Part shown: positions 29,361 through 37,913 of the stretch, piece after piece
Position numbering within the stretch: position 1 is the first letter of the stretch
Layout: every line of letters starts with the position of its first letter
IMG/VR virus record: IMGVR_UViG_3300029288_000076
Span: 122,387-186,386 of that record
DNA: 64,000 bases
DNA from: a virus
Taxonomy: Duplodnaviria; Caudoviricetes
Direction: 5' to 3' (one strand)
The notes under the pieces: model-generated
What the model was told of the DNA's origin: nothing
Databases searched by the model: none
Seen by the model: only the letters and a program-made list of their open reading frames with translations
Position numbers and translations under genes: made by a program

Positions 29361-30742
29361 ATTATCCTTATCTCAAATCCTTCACGCTCGTATATACTAA
29401 GTCTATGAAAACTATGCCGCGAAAGATAGCGATTATTGGCATCAATTATATCCCATATTTGCACTGTATTTTCTCCTTCTTTTTTCTTTCTCAATGATCT
29501 GCCAACACGCTGTAGTATCTGTCTGCTAGCTTCTCCGCCCTTACCCCCAGCGCCCAAGACTAATTTTCTAATTATGTCAATGTCAACCCCCTCATCCAGT
29601 ATCGAAGATGAAATAAGGGTGCTGAGCGCTCCCGCTTTGAAGTCACTAAAAGCAGCATTTCTATCTACAGCACTTCCATGTATGAAGACGCACTCTATGC
29701 CTTCTTTGATTAACATTTTTTCTAAAATTCTTCCATGCTCCAACAAATTTACAATAACTAATGTCCCACTCACAAAATTATCTTTCACAGCATTGACAAT
29801 AAGAGAATTTCTTAAATCAGATCTAACAACTAATTCATCATAAATATCTTTATAATTTCTTATGCCACGATCTATATCTTCGTCATTATTTTGAAGCAAA
29901 TAAACTGTAGGTTTTGCAGAAAATCCTTGCTCAATAAGTTCATCATTACTAACTTTGATTATGATGTTACCAAAAAAGCTAGCCACTTTCATTCCGGTAA
30001 AGTGTTTTATATTTGGGATTGTGCCCGACATCCCTATAGCGTAGTCGGAATTTATACAATATTTGAAAATTTTCTGCCAAGTTGCTGCGCCAGCTCTATG
30101 CACTTCGTCACCGATAACTATCTCTGCACTTTTTATAAATTCTATAACATCTCTGTCATTATTCTTAATCCTATTATGAATAGTTGGTACCATCCCAATT
30201 GTTATGTCTTGGATATTTTTTGTATCAGAAGAAATTATTCCTATTTTTGTTTTTAATTCTTTTTCGAAAAGCTTGTGTGTTTGCTTTAATAACTCTTGCC
30301 TATGAGTTAAAAAAAGAGTTTTTAGCCCAAGTATTTGAACTATTCCACAAGCAACTATAGTTTTCCCCCCGTTCGTTGCGATTGATACTAAGCTTCGCTT
30401 GTTCTCGATTGCTTTATTAATTGCATCAATTTGATAATCTCTTAAATCTAATGAAACATTTAATTCATTATATTGTGGTTTAGAAATTATAGAATCATCT
30501 ACAATTTCATAATCAAAGTTATTTTTCTTTAAAACTTCTATAAGCTGGTTAAAAAACCCAATAGGCAACGAATCTGTTTTACGATCGTAGAATCTATGAA
30601 ACCCATCCCAGCCGCCCATTTTGAATGCACGACTGTATTGATATCCTGGTATTTTAGCTGCAAAATGATTTAGTAAGATATTTCTTTCGTTTGGAAAAAT
30701 ATTCTTGAAGTATATCTTAAGATTAGTTTTTATTATTTGCAT
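29357..30742 (-). CDS. SF2 DNA helicase (UvsW-like)
   Basis: LRDYQ, ATNGGKT, DEVH, SGT, QRVGRSLR. Confidence 0.9.
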   Translation of the reverse strand: MQIIKTNLKIYFKNIFPNERNILLNHFAAKIPGYQYSRAFKMGGWDGFHRFYDRKTDSLPIGFFNQLIEVLKKNNFDYEIVDDSIISKPQYNELNVSLDLRDYQIDAINKAIENKRSLVSIATNGGKTIVACGIVQILGLKTLFLTHRQELLKQTHKLFEKELKTKIGIISSDTKNIQDITIGMVPTIHNRIKNNDRDVIEFIKSAEIVIGDEVHRAGAATWQKIFKYCINSDYAIGMSGTIPNIKHFTGMKVASFFGNIIIKVSNDELIEQGFSAKPTVYLLQNNDEDIDRGIRNYKDIYDELVVRSDLRNSLIVNAVKDNFVSGTLVIVNLLEHGRILEKMLIKEGIECVFIHGSAVDRNAAFSDFKAGALSTLISSSILDEGVDIDIIRKLVLGAGGKGGEASRQILQRVGRSLRKKKEGENTVQIWDIIDANNRYLSRHSFHRLSIYEREGFEIRII

Positions 30743-30921
30743 TTAGCCAATTTGCTTTAATAAAAGAGTATTTTTTTCTTCAACAATCAATATTTTTTCA
30801 GGAAAAATAATAAGATCACCTTTAATTAAACTGCCGTCAGCTTTCCATTCATCTAATTCTGAATCGTCTAATTCTGACCATTGTCGATGCCAACCATCAG
30901 AAGGGTGTAAAATATAAATTT

Positions 30922-31977
30922 TCATTCAGTATCTTCTTCGTCTTCGTCTATACTAACAATGTCTTCGCTTTTATTAATTACATTATTACTGTTCAAAGCT
31001 TTTTCCCATAGATTATTTTGTTCCATTATAGAAATTACTTCATCTTCTCTGATCTTCTTTTCAGTATCTACTAAACCATCAAAACTATTTTTGAATTGAT
31101 ACCAGCCCCTACTATTATCAACTACATCAGCCATTTCTAAAACTTCCATTATTCCACTTTCTTTGATAATCCCCTTATCAAAATAAACTTCAAATTGTGC
31201 TTTTCTAAATGGAGCAACAACCCTATTTTTCACTGATTCTGCCTGACATAGAATCCCGATAACTTTTTCTTTATTGTTATCATCCTTAATTCTTTTTTTA
31301 TGCTTCAACTCAAGTCTTATAGAAGCGGCAAATTTTGTTCCTTTACCGCCAGGAGTTGAAATTGGATTTCCATACATAACGCCAACATTATCTCTTATTT
31401 GATTTACGATTACAAATCCAATATTTTTATCTGAAAGCTTCTTGCTAATTTTTCTAATACCTTTGCCAATAATTCTTGCTCGCTCTGCCATTTCAGCTTT
31501 CTCAACAGAATTTTCTAATTCCTTTTTTGTTGATGTTCCAGCAAGAGAATCCCATACAATAACTGCTGCTGGAAAAGTATACTTTTCTTTTCCAAACAAT
31601 TCACAGAAATAGTCAATAAAATCAAAAATTGTTTCTATTGCATTAATTTGAAGATAAAGAAAATTATTATCTACGTCAAGACCAATAATATTTGCAAAAT
31701 GTGGATCAAAAGAAGATTCAGTATCAATATAAACGCTAAAACCTCCTTTCTTCTGCATCTCAGAAAGGATATGAAAAACAAGCAAAGATTTTCCAGTAGA
31801 TGTATCGCCAAAAATCTCTACAATCTTCCCAAAAGGAATACCTTTACCAAGCACCCAATCTATTGATAGAGATTGGGTGCTAACAAATCCAGTTGGAAGT
31901 TTATCTAAACCAACAACTACGTCTTCATTATCGTCAAGAAAGCCTTTAATAAGATCATCAACTATGCTTTTTGCCAT
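30922..31977 (-). CDS. recA: RecA/UvsX recombinase
   Basis: GDTSTGKS, YIDTE, WDSLA, NQIR, TPGG. Confidence 0.92.
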   Translation of the reverse strand: MAKSIVDDLIKGFLDDNEDVVVGLDKLPTGFVSTQSLSIDWVLGKGIPFGKIVEIFGDTSTGKSLLVFHILSEMQKKGGFSVYIDTESSFDPHFANIIGLDVDNNFLYLQINAIETIFDFIDYFCELFGKEKYTFPAAVIVWDSLAGTSTKKELENSVEKAEMAERARIIGKGIRKISKKLSDKNIGFVIVNQIRDNVGVMYGNPISTPGGKGTKFAASIRLELKHKKRIKDDNNKEKVIGILCQAESVKNRVVAPFRKAQFEVYFDKGIIKESGIMEVLEMADVVDNSRGWYQFKNSFDGLVDTEKKIREDEVISIMEQNNLWEKALNSNNVINKSEDIVSIDEDEEDTE

Positions 31978-32865
31978 TTACTTAATCCCCATTTTCTTCT
32001 TTAAGTCAGCTTTCATTTCTTCAATAGTTTTACCAGACTTTGTTTTAATTTCTTCTTTTGGTTCTTCTACTTCAATTTCTTTTTCAGTTTCATCTTCAAA
32101 AAACTCTTCCTCTTCTACTGCTACTTCAGCGCCACTATCAGATTCATCTATAAAAGTAACATCATCATTAGAATCGTCAACAGCACTGTCTTCGTCAACA
32201 TCTCCGCCTTCTAACATTGCCCTCAAATAATCTGCAGAATTGAGAACAAGAACTTCTTTTTTAAAATCATGAAGTTTTTCAAGAAGCTTAAATGAAGGAA
32301 TAGGCGACTTATCAATATCAATCTGGACTCTACTAATAGCAAACCCTGTCGCACTTTTTTCTCTAGGTGTATAGATCAATGTAAAGTTACGGCCTTCTTT
32401 AGGATTAAGAATATCACCATACTTTGGAATATTTACAAAATATGAAAGAATATCCTCAAACAACATAATGCCAGCCTCAAAAATCTGCACACCCTTTGTT
32501 ACATCTTTCAAGTCGATAATATTCATATAAAATCTTGATTTTGCGCGAATGCTATTTGCAAGTTGCTTGTCATCACTATCTTTAGTTTCATAAAGATTTT
32601 TAACAAGATCACAAATAGGACATGGCTTCTTAGCAATCTGCTGCGGACAGAAAAAAGAAGTAACATCACCTTGGCCAATATTGTAATGTTTAAAATATTC
32701 AACATAAAATGTCCTTGAAAGAGGCGGAGCACTTCCAGCAGGAAGTATTCTAATAGAATTCTCGTTCTCTTTAGGCGCCCATTGATTTCCCTTGCTTCTA
32801 GAGAGTTTATCTCTTTTAGCTTGTAAAGAATTAACATCAATCCCGCCATACTTAAACTCAACCAT
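31978..32865 (-). CDS. Single-stranded DNA-binding protein (gp32-like)
   Basis: IRILP, H/C zinc motif CP...CPIC, GRNFTL, acidic tail; adjacent to recA. Confidence 0.75.
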   Translation of the reverse strand: MVEFKYGGIDVNSLQAKRDKLSRSKGNQWAPKENENSIRILPAGSAPPLSRTFYVEYFKHYNIGQGDVTSFFCPQQIAKKPCPICDLVKNLYETKDSDDKQLANSIRAKSRFYMNIIDLKDVTKGVQIFEAGIMLFEDILSYFVNIPKYGDILNPKEGRNFTLIYTPREKSATGFAISRVQIDIDKSPIPSFKLLEKLHDFKKEVLVLNSADYLRAMLEGGDVDEDSAVDDSNDDVTFIDESDSGAEVAVEEEEFFEDETEKEIEVEEPKEEIKTKSGKTIEEMKADLKKKMGIK

Positions 32866-32885
32866 TGTAAACTCCTTTAGTTTTT

Positions 32886-32907
32886 ATACTATATTATATT
32901 TTAAAAA
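32886..32907 (-). promoter_or_regulatory. Conserved promoter-like motif upstream of the SSB gene
   Basis: Identical to 9654-9675; followed by AAGGAG RBS. Confidence 0.65.
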
Positions 32908-32914
32908 CCCAATC

Positions 32915-33352
32915 TTACCTTGTAACTTTCACATCATTGTTGTACTCTTCCCTCATTGAATACCCATAAGCTTTCATAGAATCTCGCTTCATAAGCAATG
33001 AATCTTTGCAAGCTCTTAGAACTTCAGCTACATAAATTGCCTCATTATATTTTTCTTTTAACTCAACTAAAGTCTCATCACCAATTACTTCTTGCCGTAT
33101 TTTAGCTTCTGTAACTTTTTTATTAGTTGTTTCATAAGATTCTCTAATAGTCATATCAAGTTTAGATTCTAAAAGCTCAATAGCTGATTTAAGTTTACTA
33201 GCCTGCCATTGAGCTTTTGCATAAAGAAATGCATACCACGAAAATGTTCCAGGAAGTTTAGTAGCTTCACCAGTAAAATCAGTTTCATCAAATTTTGCCT
33301 CATCAAGAATGTTAATTTCATATTCTTGGTTAAAGATTTTTACTTTCTCCAT
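32915..33352 (-). CDS. UvsY-like recombination mediator
   Basis: Helical 145-aa protein with KVTEAKI motif next to SSB/RecA. Confidence 0.55.
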   Translation of the reverse strand: MEKVKIFNQEYEINILDEAKFDETDFTGEATKLPGTFSWYAFLYAKAQWQASKLKSAIELLESKLDMTIRESYETTNKKVTEAKIRQEVIGDETLVELKEKYNEAIYVAEVLRACKDSLLMKRDSMKAYGYSMREEYNNDVKVTR

Positions 33353-33816
33353 TACAGATAATCCTCACTAAAAAAGTTTCTAATTTTAACTCCAGCGTTT
33401 TTGAAAATAATTAATGAATATATCGTATTATATTCACTCTCAAATACAACTTCTTTAATTCCAGCAGTTATTATAAGTTTTGCACATTCTGAACATGGCG
33501 TTTCTGGAGTATAAATAACAGATTTATGCATACCACCCAATTGTATACCAAATCTTGCGCATGTTCCTATTGCATTAACCTCTGCATGAACGCATAAAAC
33601 TGTCTCCATATTATTACCAGAAACAACTACACTTCCGCCATTACATTTATCTCGTTTACACAAAGAAGTATCTGACCCAAATGGCGGACTATTCCATCCT
33701 TCAGAAACAATTCTTCCATCAAGTGCAATTATGCATCCAACTTTTCTAGTTTTGCATGTTGACTGCTCTTTAACGCGCATCATTATATCATAAAAATACT
33801 TATCAGGATCTTTCAC
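33352..33816 (-). CDS. dCMP deaminase
   Basis: STC..RKVG, GWN, HAEVNAI, PCSEC. Confidence 0.92.
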   Translation of the reverse strand: MKDPDKYFYDIMMRVKEQSTCKTRKVGCIIALDGRIVSEGWNSPPFGSDTSLCKRDKCNGGSVVVSGNNMETVLCVHAEVNAIGTCARFGIQLGGMHKSVIYTPETPCSECAKLIITAGIKEVVFESEYNTIYSLIIFKNAGVKIRNFFSEDYL

Positions 33817-34810
33817 TTTCTGACCTCAAAAAGTGTTTGTAACAATTGCAATTTTCTAATTCGTAAATAAAATTTTCATGCGGCAAGTTAAACTTCTTGC
33901 ATAAGAGAACTAAAGTTAACTGCTTCCAATACATTGAAATATTACAATTCATTATTTCATCTATAAAATAGCTAGCATTAATAGATGCGTCTGCACTTCT
34001 TATCAACCTTTCTAATCTGCATATAATATTCAAATCACAATCTTCACTATAAATATCGCTATTTACAAATTCCATTTTTGGCATTGAAAAATATTGTTTG
34101 TTTTTTTCATCTACAATATTGTGCCCTTTTTCATAGAATTTATCATAAATATGAAATGAATTACAGATGTGTGTATATGCACCAACTTCAACATTTAATA
34201 AAATTGCTAAAATCTCTTGAAACATTGTAAAACTAAATGCATCATAAGGAGTTCCCCAAATAACATCTTGGGACCGCATATGTGTAATCATATGCAATTT
34301 ATTTTCTCTTACAAAAAACTGCAAGTCTAAAGTACATACTTGATCTTTGGTATGCTTAAGAGAATCTTGTGGAGTCTTTATATGAATAATAGCATGCCTT
34401 GTATAAAGATCTTCTTCAAATTTCTTTATAACAAAATCAAGCTGATCAAATCCTATATCCTTATTTGCGCCAAAAATTCTATTTCCATAAGCAGAATTAA
34501 GAGTTAAGCCATCGTCACTAAAATTATCAAAATTCTTAGAATAATATTTCATTGTGGCTAAATCATCTCTTCCACTCCAATACCATAAAAACTCACCTAT
34601 AGCGAATGGCAAACTAATCTTGCGCTTTTTAGAAAAAATAAGTCTATTTCTAATATTTGTTAAGCAAAATCCACTAGCTAAAATTTCGGTGTTCTCAAGA
34701 CATCTACATTTTACTTTGCTACCAAAAGCAAATATTGCGTCTATCATATCTTGATAAATATAATCCATATTGGTAGCACTATTAAAGTAAGTCATTATAA
34801 CATCTCCCAC
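33803..34810 (-). CDS. Thymidylate-synthase homologue, dCMP hydroxymethylase-like (Asp-type)
   Basis: KDQVCT catalytic Cys; RSQDVIWGTPYD has Asp where dUMP enzymes have Asn; NSFHIY. Confidence 0.8.
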   Translation of the reverse strand: MGDVIMTYFNSATNMDYIYQDMIDAIFAFGSKVKCRCLENTEILASGFCLTNIRNRLIFSKKRKISLPFAIGEFLWYWSGRDDLATMKYYSKNFDNFSDDGLTLNSAYGNRIFGANKDIGFDQLDFVIKKFEEDLYTRHAIIHIKTPQDSLKHTKDQVCTLDLQFFVRENKLHMITHMRSQDVIWGTPYDAFSFTMFQEILAILLNVEVGAYTHICNSFHIYDKFYEKGHNIVDEKNKQYFSMPKMEFVNSDIYSEDCDLNIICRLERLIRSADASINASYFIDEIMNCNISMYWKQLTLVLLCKKFNLPHENFIYELENCNCYKHFLRSESERS

Positions 34811-35874
34811 TTTCTATATTCAAAAATATTATTTAGAATATCATCAACAGCATCTTTTGCAATTCTTTTATTCATACTAATAAATTCTTCAAGCAACTCG
34901 CCGTAGATATTTGTATCATAAATTTCTCGCATTTTTTTTGCCATCTCGAAACCATCTTGAACAAGCATGTATTTAGGAAAATATTTATCTGCATTAAGAA
35001 TGTTACTATCACAAAAACAAAGTATGTTTGCGCTTACGCACTCAAAAGTTCTGATTGTCATTAAGCCAACTACTTCATATATATTCCTTGCTATTTGAAA
35101 AGAAAACATAGAGTCTGATAGCTTTTTAATAACATTTATAGGAGATATTTTACCTTTGAATTGCACATTAGCTTCATTCATAAGATTGTTAGAAAATTCT
35201 TTTGTTTCTTCCCTTAACCAATTACCATAAATCTTCATTGATCTTAGGTCGGCTGGGTACGGATTAGCAAAAGTATAAAGCATTCTTCTTCTTCCATATT
35301 CATTACCTACATACACACAATCTTCATACTCAGCTGCTCTTTTCTTCTCAATTAAACTTTTATTTGTAAAAGTAAAATAAGGCCAAAAAATAGAATTTTT
35401 AAAAAAAGCATCTTCACTATGCGGCCTTAATACAATTGCATTTGAAAGCACATTTTTTGGATAGTTTTTTACCCAAAAATCAGTATCAATAATAAATGGA
35501 AGCACGCTTTTTTTATCAATAAATTTTTTAAGAAGATCAATTAGCACAAAATAATCACTATCAAATTGCTCAGCGTATATCTTTCTATAAAACCCCATAG
35601 CAGGCCTAGATTCTGCAATTAACAAATCATAATTATTAACATTAATATTGCTACATTCAACATATGCTATTTTATTTATTATGTTCGCAAAATTATTATC
35701 TATATATTTTTTAGTTTCTTCATCCGCATTGTCTTCTAAAAGCCTTCCAGTAAAGGTTATATTATTATTTCTTGATAAAAGGTTCTCAAACAATTCTAGT
35801 CTAAGAGTTATTGAACCATCAACACTAATATTTTTAGCGTCATATCTTCCAACACCATACCACAATATATTCAT
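34795..35874 (-). CDS. T4 beta-glucosyltransferase-like GT-B DNA glycosyltransferase
   Basis: FKGKISPINVIKKLS and MTIRTFECVSANILCFCD resemble T4 BGT FTGKIPMNMVSEKNS and ITLRVWETMASDAVMLID (recalled); adjacent to the TS homologue. Confidence 0.65.
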   Translation of the reverse strand: MNILWYGVGRYDAKNISVDGSITLRLELFENLLSRNNNITFTGRLLEDNADEETKKYIDNNFANIINKIAYVECSNINVNNYDLLIAESRPAMGFYRKIYAEQFDSDYFVLIDLLKKFIDKKSVLPFIIDTDFWVKNYPKNVLSNAIVLRPHSEDAFFKNSIFWPYFTFTNKSLIEKKRAAEYEDCVYVGNEYGRRRMLYTFANPYPADLRSMKIYGNWLREETKEFSNNLMNEANVQFKGKISPINVIKKLSDSMFSFQIARNIYEVVGLMTIRTFECVSANILCFCDSNILNADKYFPKYMLVQDGFEMAKKMREIYDTNIYGELLEEFISMNKRIAKDAVDDILNNIFEYRKWEML

Positions 35875-36434
35875 TATTTCTCCTCTTCGAGAATAGACAT
35901 AATGTCTAAATAAACAATATCTGCATTTGCGTTCGCGCCATTATATGTTGTGTCATATTTAATAAATTTAAAAGGAGATTCTGACAAAAACTTCTCATAT
36001 TCAAATATAAAAGCTTTAATTTTATCAAAACTATAATTGCTATCAATTCCTTTTTTATCACTTTGTATTCTTTGCAAAATAGTTATTGGATTAGCACAAA
36101 ACAATAAAAAGACAACGCTATCTGCGATAAATTTATAATACTGTTCATAAACTTTATTCTTATCTAAATCCAAATTTATTTTTGGATAAACTATATCAGA
36201 AAGAAACGACCTGTCAAAAAATATAGGATTTCCTTTAGACAGTCCATTTATAAACGGAATAAGTTTTAACATTAATAAATTTTCGCCAGTTATTAGTGAA
36301 GTAAAATCAGAGTCAAATTCATTTTTAGAAGGTCTTGTTGGGTGATAATAAAAAGCCTTTGGATACCTTTCCATTACTTTCTTTAAAATAGAAGTCTTGC
36401 CTGTCTTATCAAACCCTTCAAATATAAAAATCAT
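35874..36434 (-). CDS. dNMP (thymidylate-kinase-like) kinase
   Basis: FEGFDKTGKTS P-loop, FDRS. Confidence 0.82.
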   Translation of the reverse strand: MIFIFEGFDKTGKTSILKKVMERYPKAFYYHPTRPSKNEFDSDFTSLITGENLLMLKLIPFINGLSKGNPIFFDRSFLSDIVYPKINLDLDKNKVYEQYYKFIADSVVFLLFCANPITILQRIQSDKKGIDSNYSFDKIKAFIFEYEKFLSESPFKFIKYDTTYNGANANADIVYLDIMSILEEEK

Positions 36435-36437
36435 AAT

Positions 36438-37145
36438 TTATCCGCAAAAATTGTCATATAAAGACTTTATCCTAATCGCCTCATCATAATAATATTCAAA
36501 TTGTTCTTCTTTAGTGATTCTCTTATATTTAAAATACGCTGGATGTTTTATCTTGAAAAGGCTAAGATTTTCATGCCCGCTTGCTGCAAGGAAATTTTTT
36601 ACTTTATCTCCTATAGCAATAAAGACCTTACCATTAGTATTATTAAAATTTAAATAATCAAGTTGATCTCTTGTCCAATATTCAAAACAATTATTGAACG
36701 CTTCATCGGTATAATTATTTTTTTCAAAAGGACATTTTGCAACATTAATGAAATTCCAATTATTATCTTTACCATAAAATATATTAGAAAAAATATTTGT
36801 AACCATTCCTATTTCTGTTGATAAAATCACTTTTTCATAAGAAGAAACCATTGCATCAAAATCATTATTTAAAAAAGCCTCTATCATTTCTTTATCATAT
36901 TGAGACGTTTTCGTATTTTTATTTAGGTTCGATTTCCAATCCCCAGGATTGATACCTATAAATGTTATAAAATTTTTATCTCTTATTATGCCATATTGCG
37001 GCGGCATAATCCACCCATTTATTTGCGAGCACTTACTACAAGATAAAAATTTTTGCTTGTCTATATTACTCAGAATCATTATTTCTAATTCTCTTTTTAT
37101 ACTTACTATTTTTTCTTTTCTTATTATGAAAAGCAACATGCTCAC
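36438..37145 (-). CDS. Uracil-DNA glycosylase superfamily protein, family-4-like (start probably MILSNID)
   Basis: CSKC, IGINPG, NVAKCP, C..YW, AIG, KHPAY. Confidence 0.7.
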   Translation of the reverse strand: MSMLLFIIRKEKIVSIKRELEIMILSNIDKQKFLSCSKCSQINGWIMPPQYGIIRDKNFITFIGINPGDWKSNLNKNTKTSQYDKEMIEAFLNNDFDAMVSSYEKVILSTEIGMVTNIFSNIFYGKDNNWNFINVAKCPFEKNNYTDEAFNNCFEYWTRDQLDYLNFNNTNGKVFIAIGDKVKNFLAASGHENLSLFKIKHPAYFKYKRITKEEQFEYYYDEAIRIKSLYDNFCG

Positions 37146-37530
37146 TTTGAGTCATTATTTGCAAATTTGATAAATCATTATTAAATCCATCACCATTTAC
37201 ATGGTGGATAATATACCCTTCTTGAATTAATCCATAAGCTTCTTCACATACAAAACGATGCATTTGTTGCCTTTTCCCATTACCTATACCTATTAAAAAA
37301 TGAGAACCGCTTTTTGATATACCGTTATTCCAGTTTGGATTCTTATTGCCAGTTAATGCATCACCTATTTGTTTTTTAGATTTTTCTGAATGATTTTTTC
37401 CATTAAAACCAAAATTTGGATTATTAATATTATGCCATTTATTAATACATGCTCTGCTACAAAATATTCTTTTTCCAGCATTTTCTTTAACTATGATTTC
37501 TTTATTACATTGCTTACAATATATTATCAT
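37066..37530 (-). CDS. Free-standing HNH homing endonuclease
   Basis: CKQC..FCSRAC, GKNHSE, HRFV...IHHVNGDGFNN..NL. Confidence 0.85.
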   Translation of the reverse strand: MIIYCKQCNKEIIVKENAGKRIFCSRACINKWHNINNPNFGFNGKNHSEKSKKQIGDALTGNKNPNWNNGISKSGSHFLIGIGNGKRQQMHRFVCEEAYGLIQEGYIIHHVNGDGFNNDLSNLQIMTQSEHVAFHNKKRKNSKYKKRIRNNDSE

Positions 37531-37910
37531 TTAAATCCTTGTCTATTCTCACTTTCCAGTCTATCCCTAACAACGCTTGATTTTAATGAAAATTCTTTCC
37601 AAAATTCTTCTTCATCTTTACAGCATAAATTTATTATATTTAATAAAAACTTTAGAACGTCGACGCATTCTTCTCTTAAATGATCAAAATCAATTTCTTT
37701 TTCTGGCTCATGCAATTTGTACCCAATAAGATCTAGGACTTCAACTGCCTCTTCAATTATATTGGTCGCATACCGCTTTATTTCTTCTTTTACTTCATTA
37801 TTTGTAAGCAAATTATAATCTTCATTTTTAATTTTTTTAAAAATAGTTTCACAAAAATCTTGCTGTTCTTCCATTGCTTCTTTAAAATTTTTAACATCAA
37901 CTTTTTTCAA
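37527..37910 (-). CDS. All-alpha NTP pyrophosphatase (dCTPase/dUTPase, MazG-like)
   Basis: EEAVEVLD...EECVDVLKF. Confidence 0.78.
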   Translation of the reverse strand: MKKVDVKNFKEAMEEQQDFCETIFKKIKNEDYNLLTNNEVKEEIKRYATNIIEEAVEVLDLIGYKLHEPEKEIDFDHLREECVDVLKFLLNIINLCCKDEEEFWKEFSLKSSVVRDRLESENRQGFK

Positions 37911-37913
37911 TTT

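Noticed and set aside
33803-34810. Ordinary thymidylate synthase (thyA)
   Set aside because: Lacks PPCH and the dUMP-specifying Asn (has DQVCT and PYD) and sits beside a GT and a kinase
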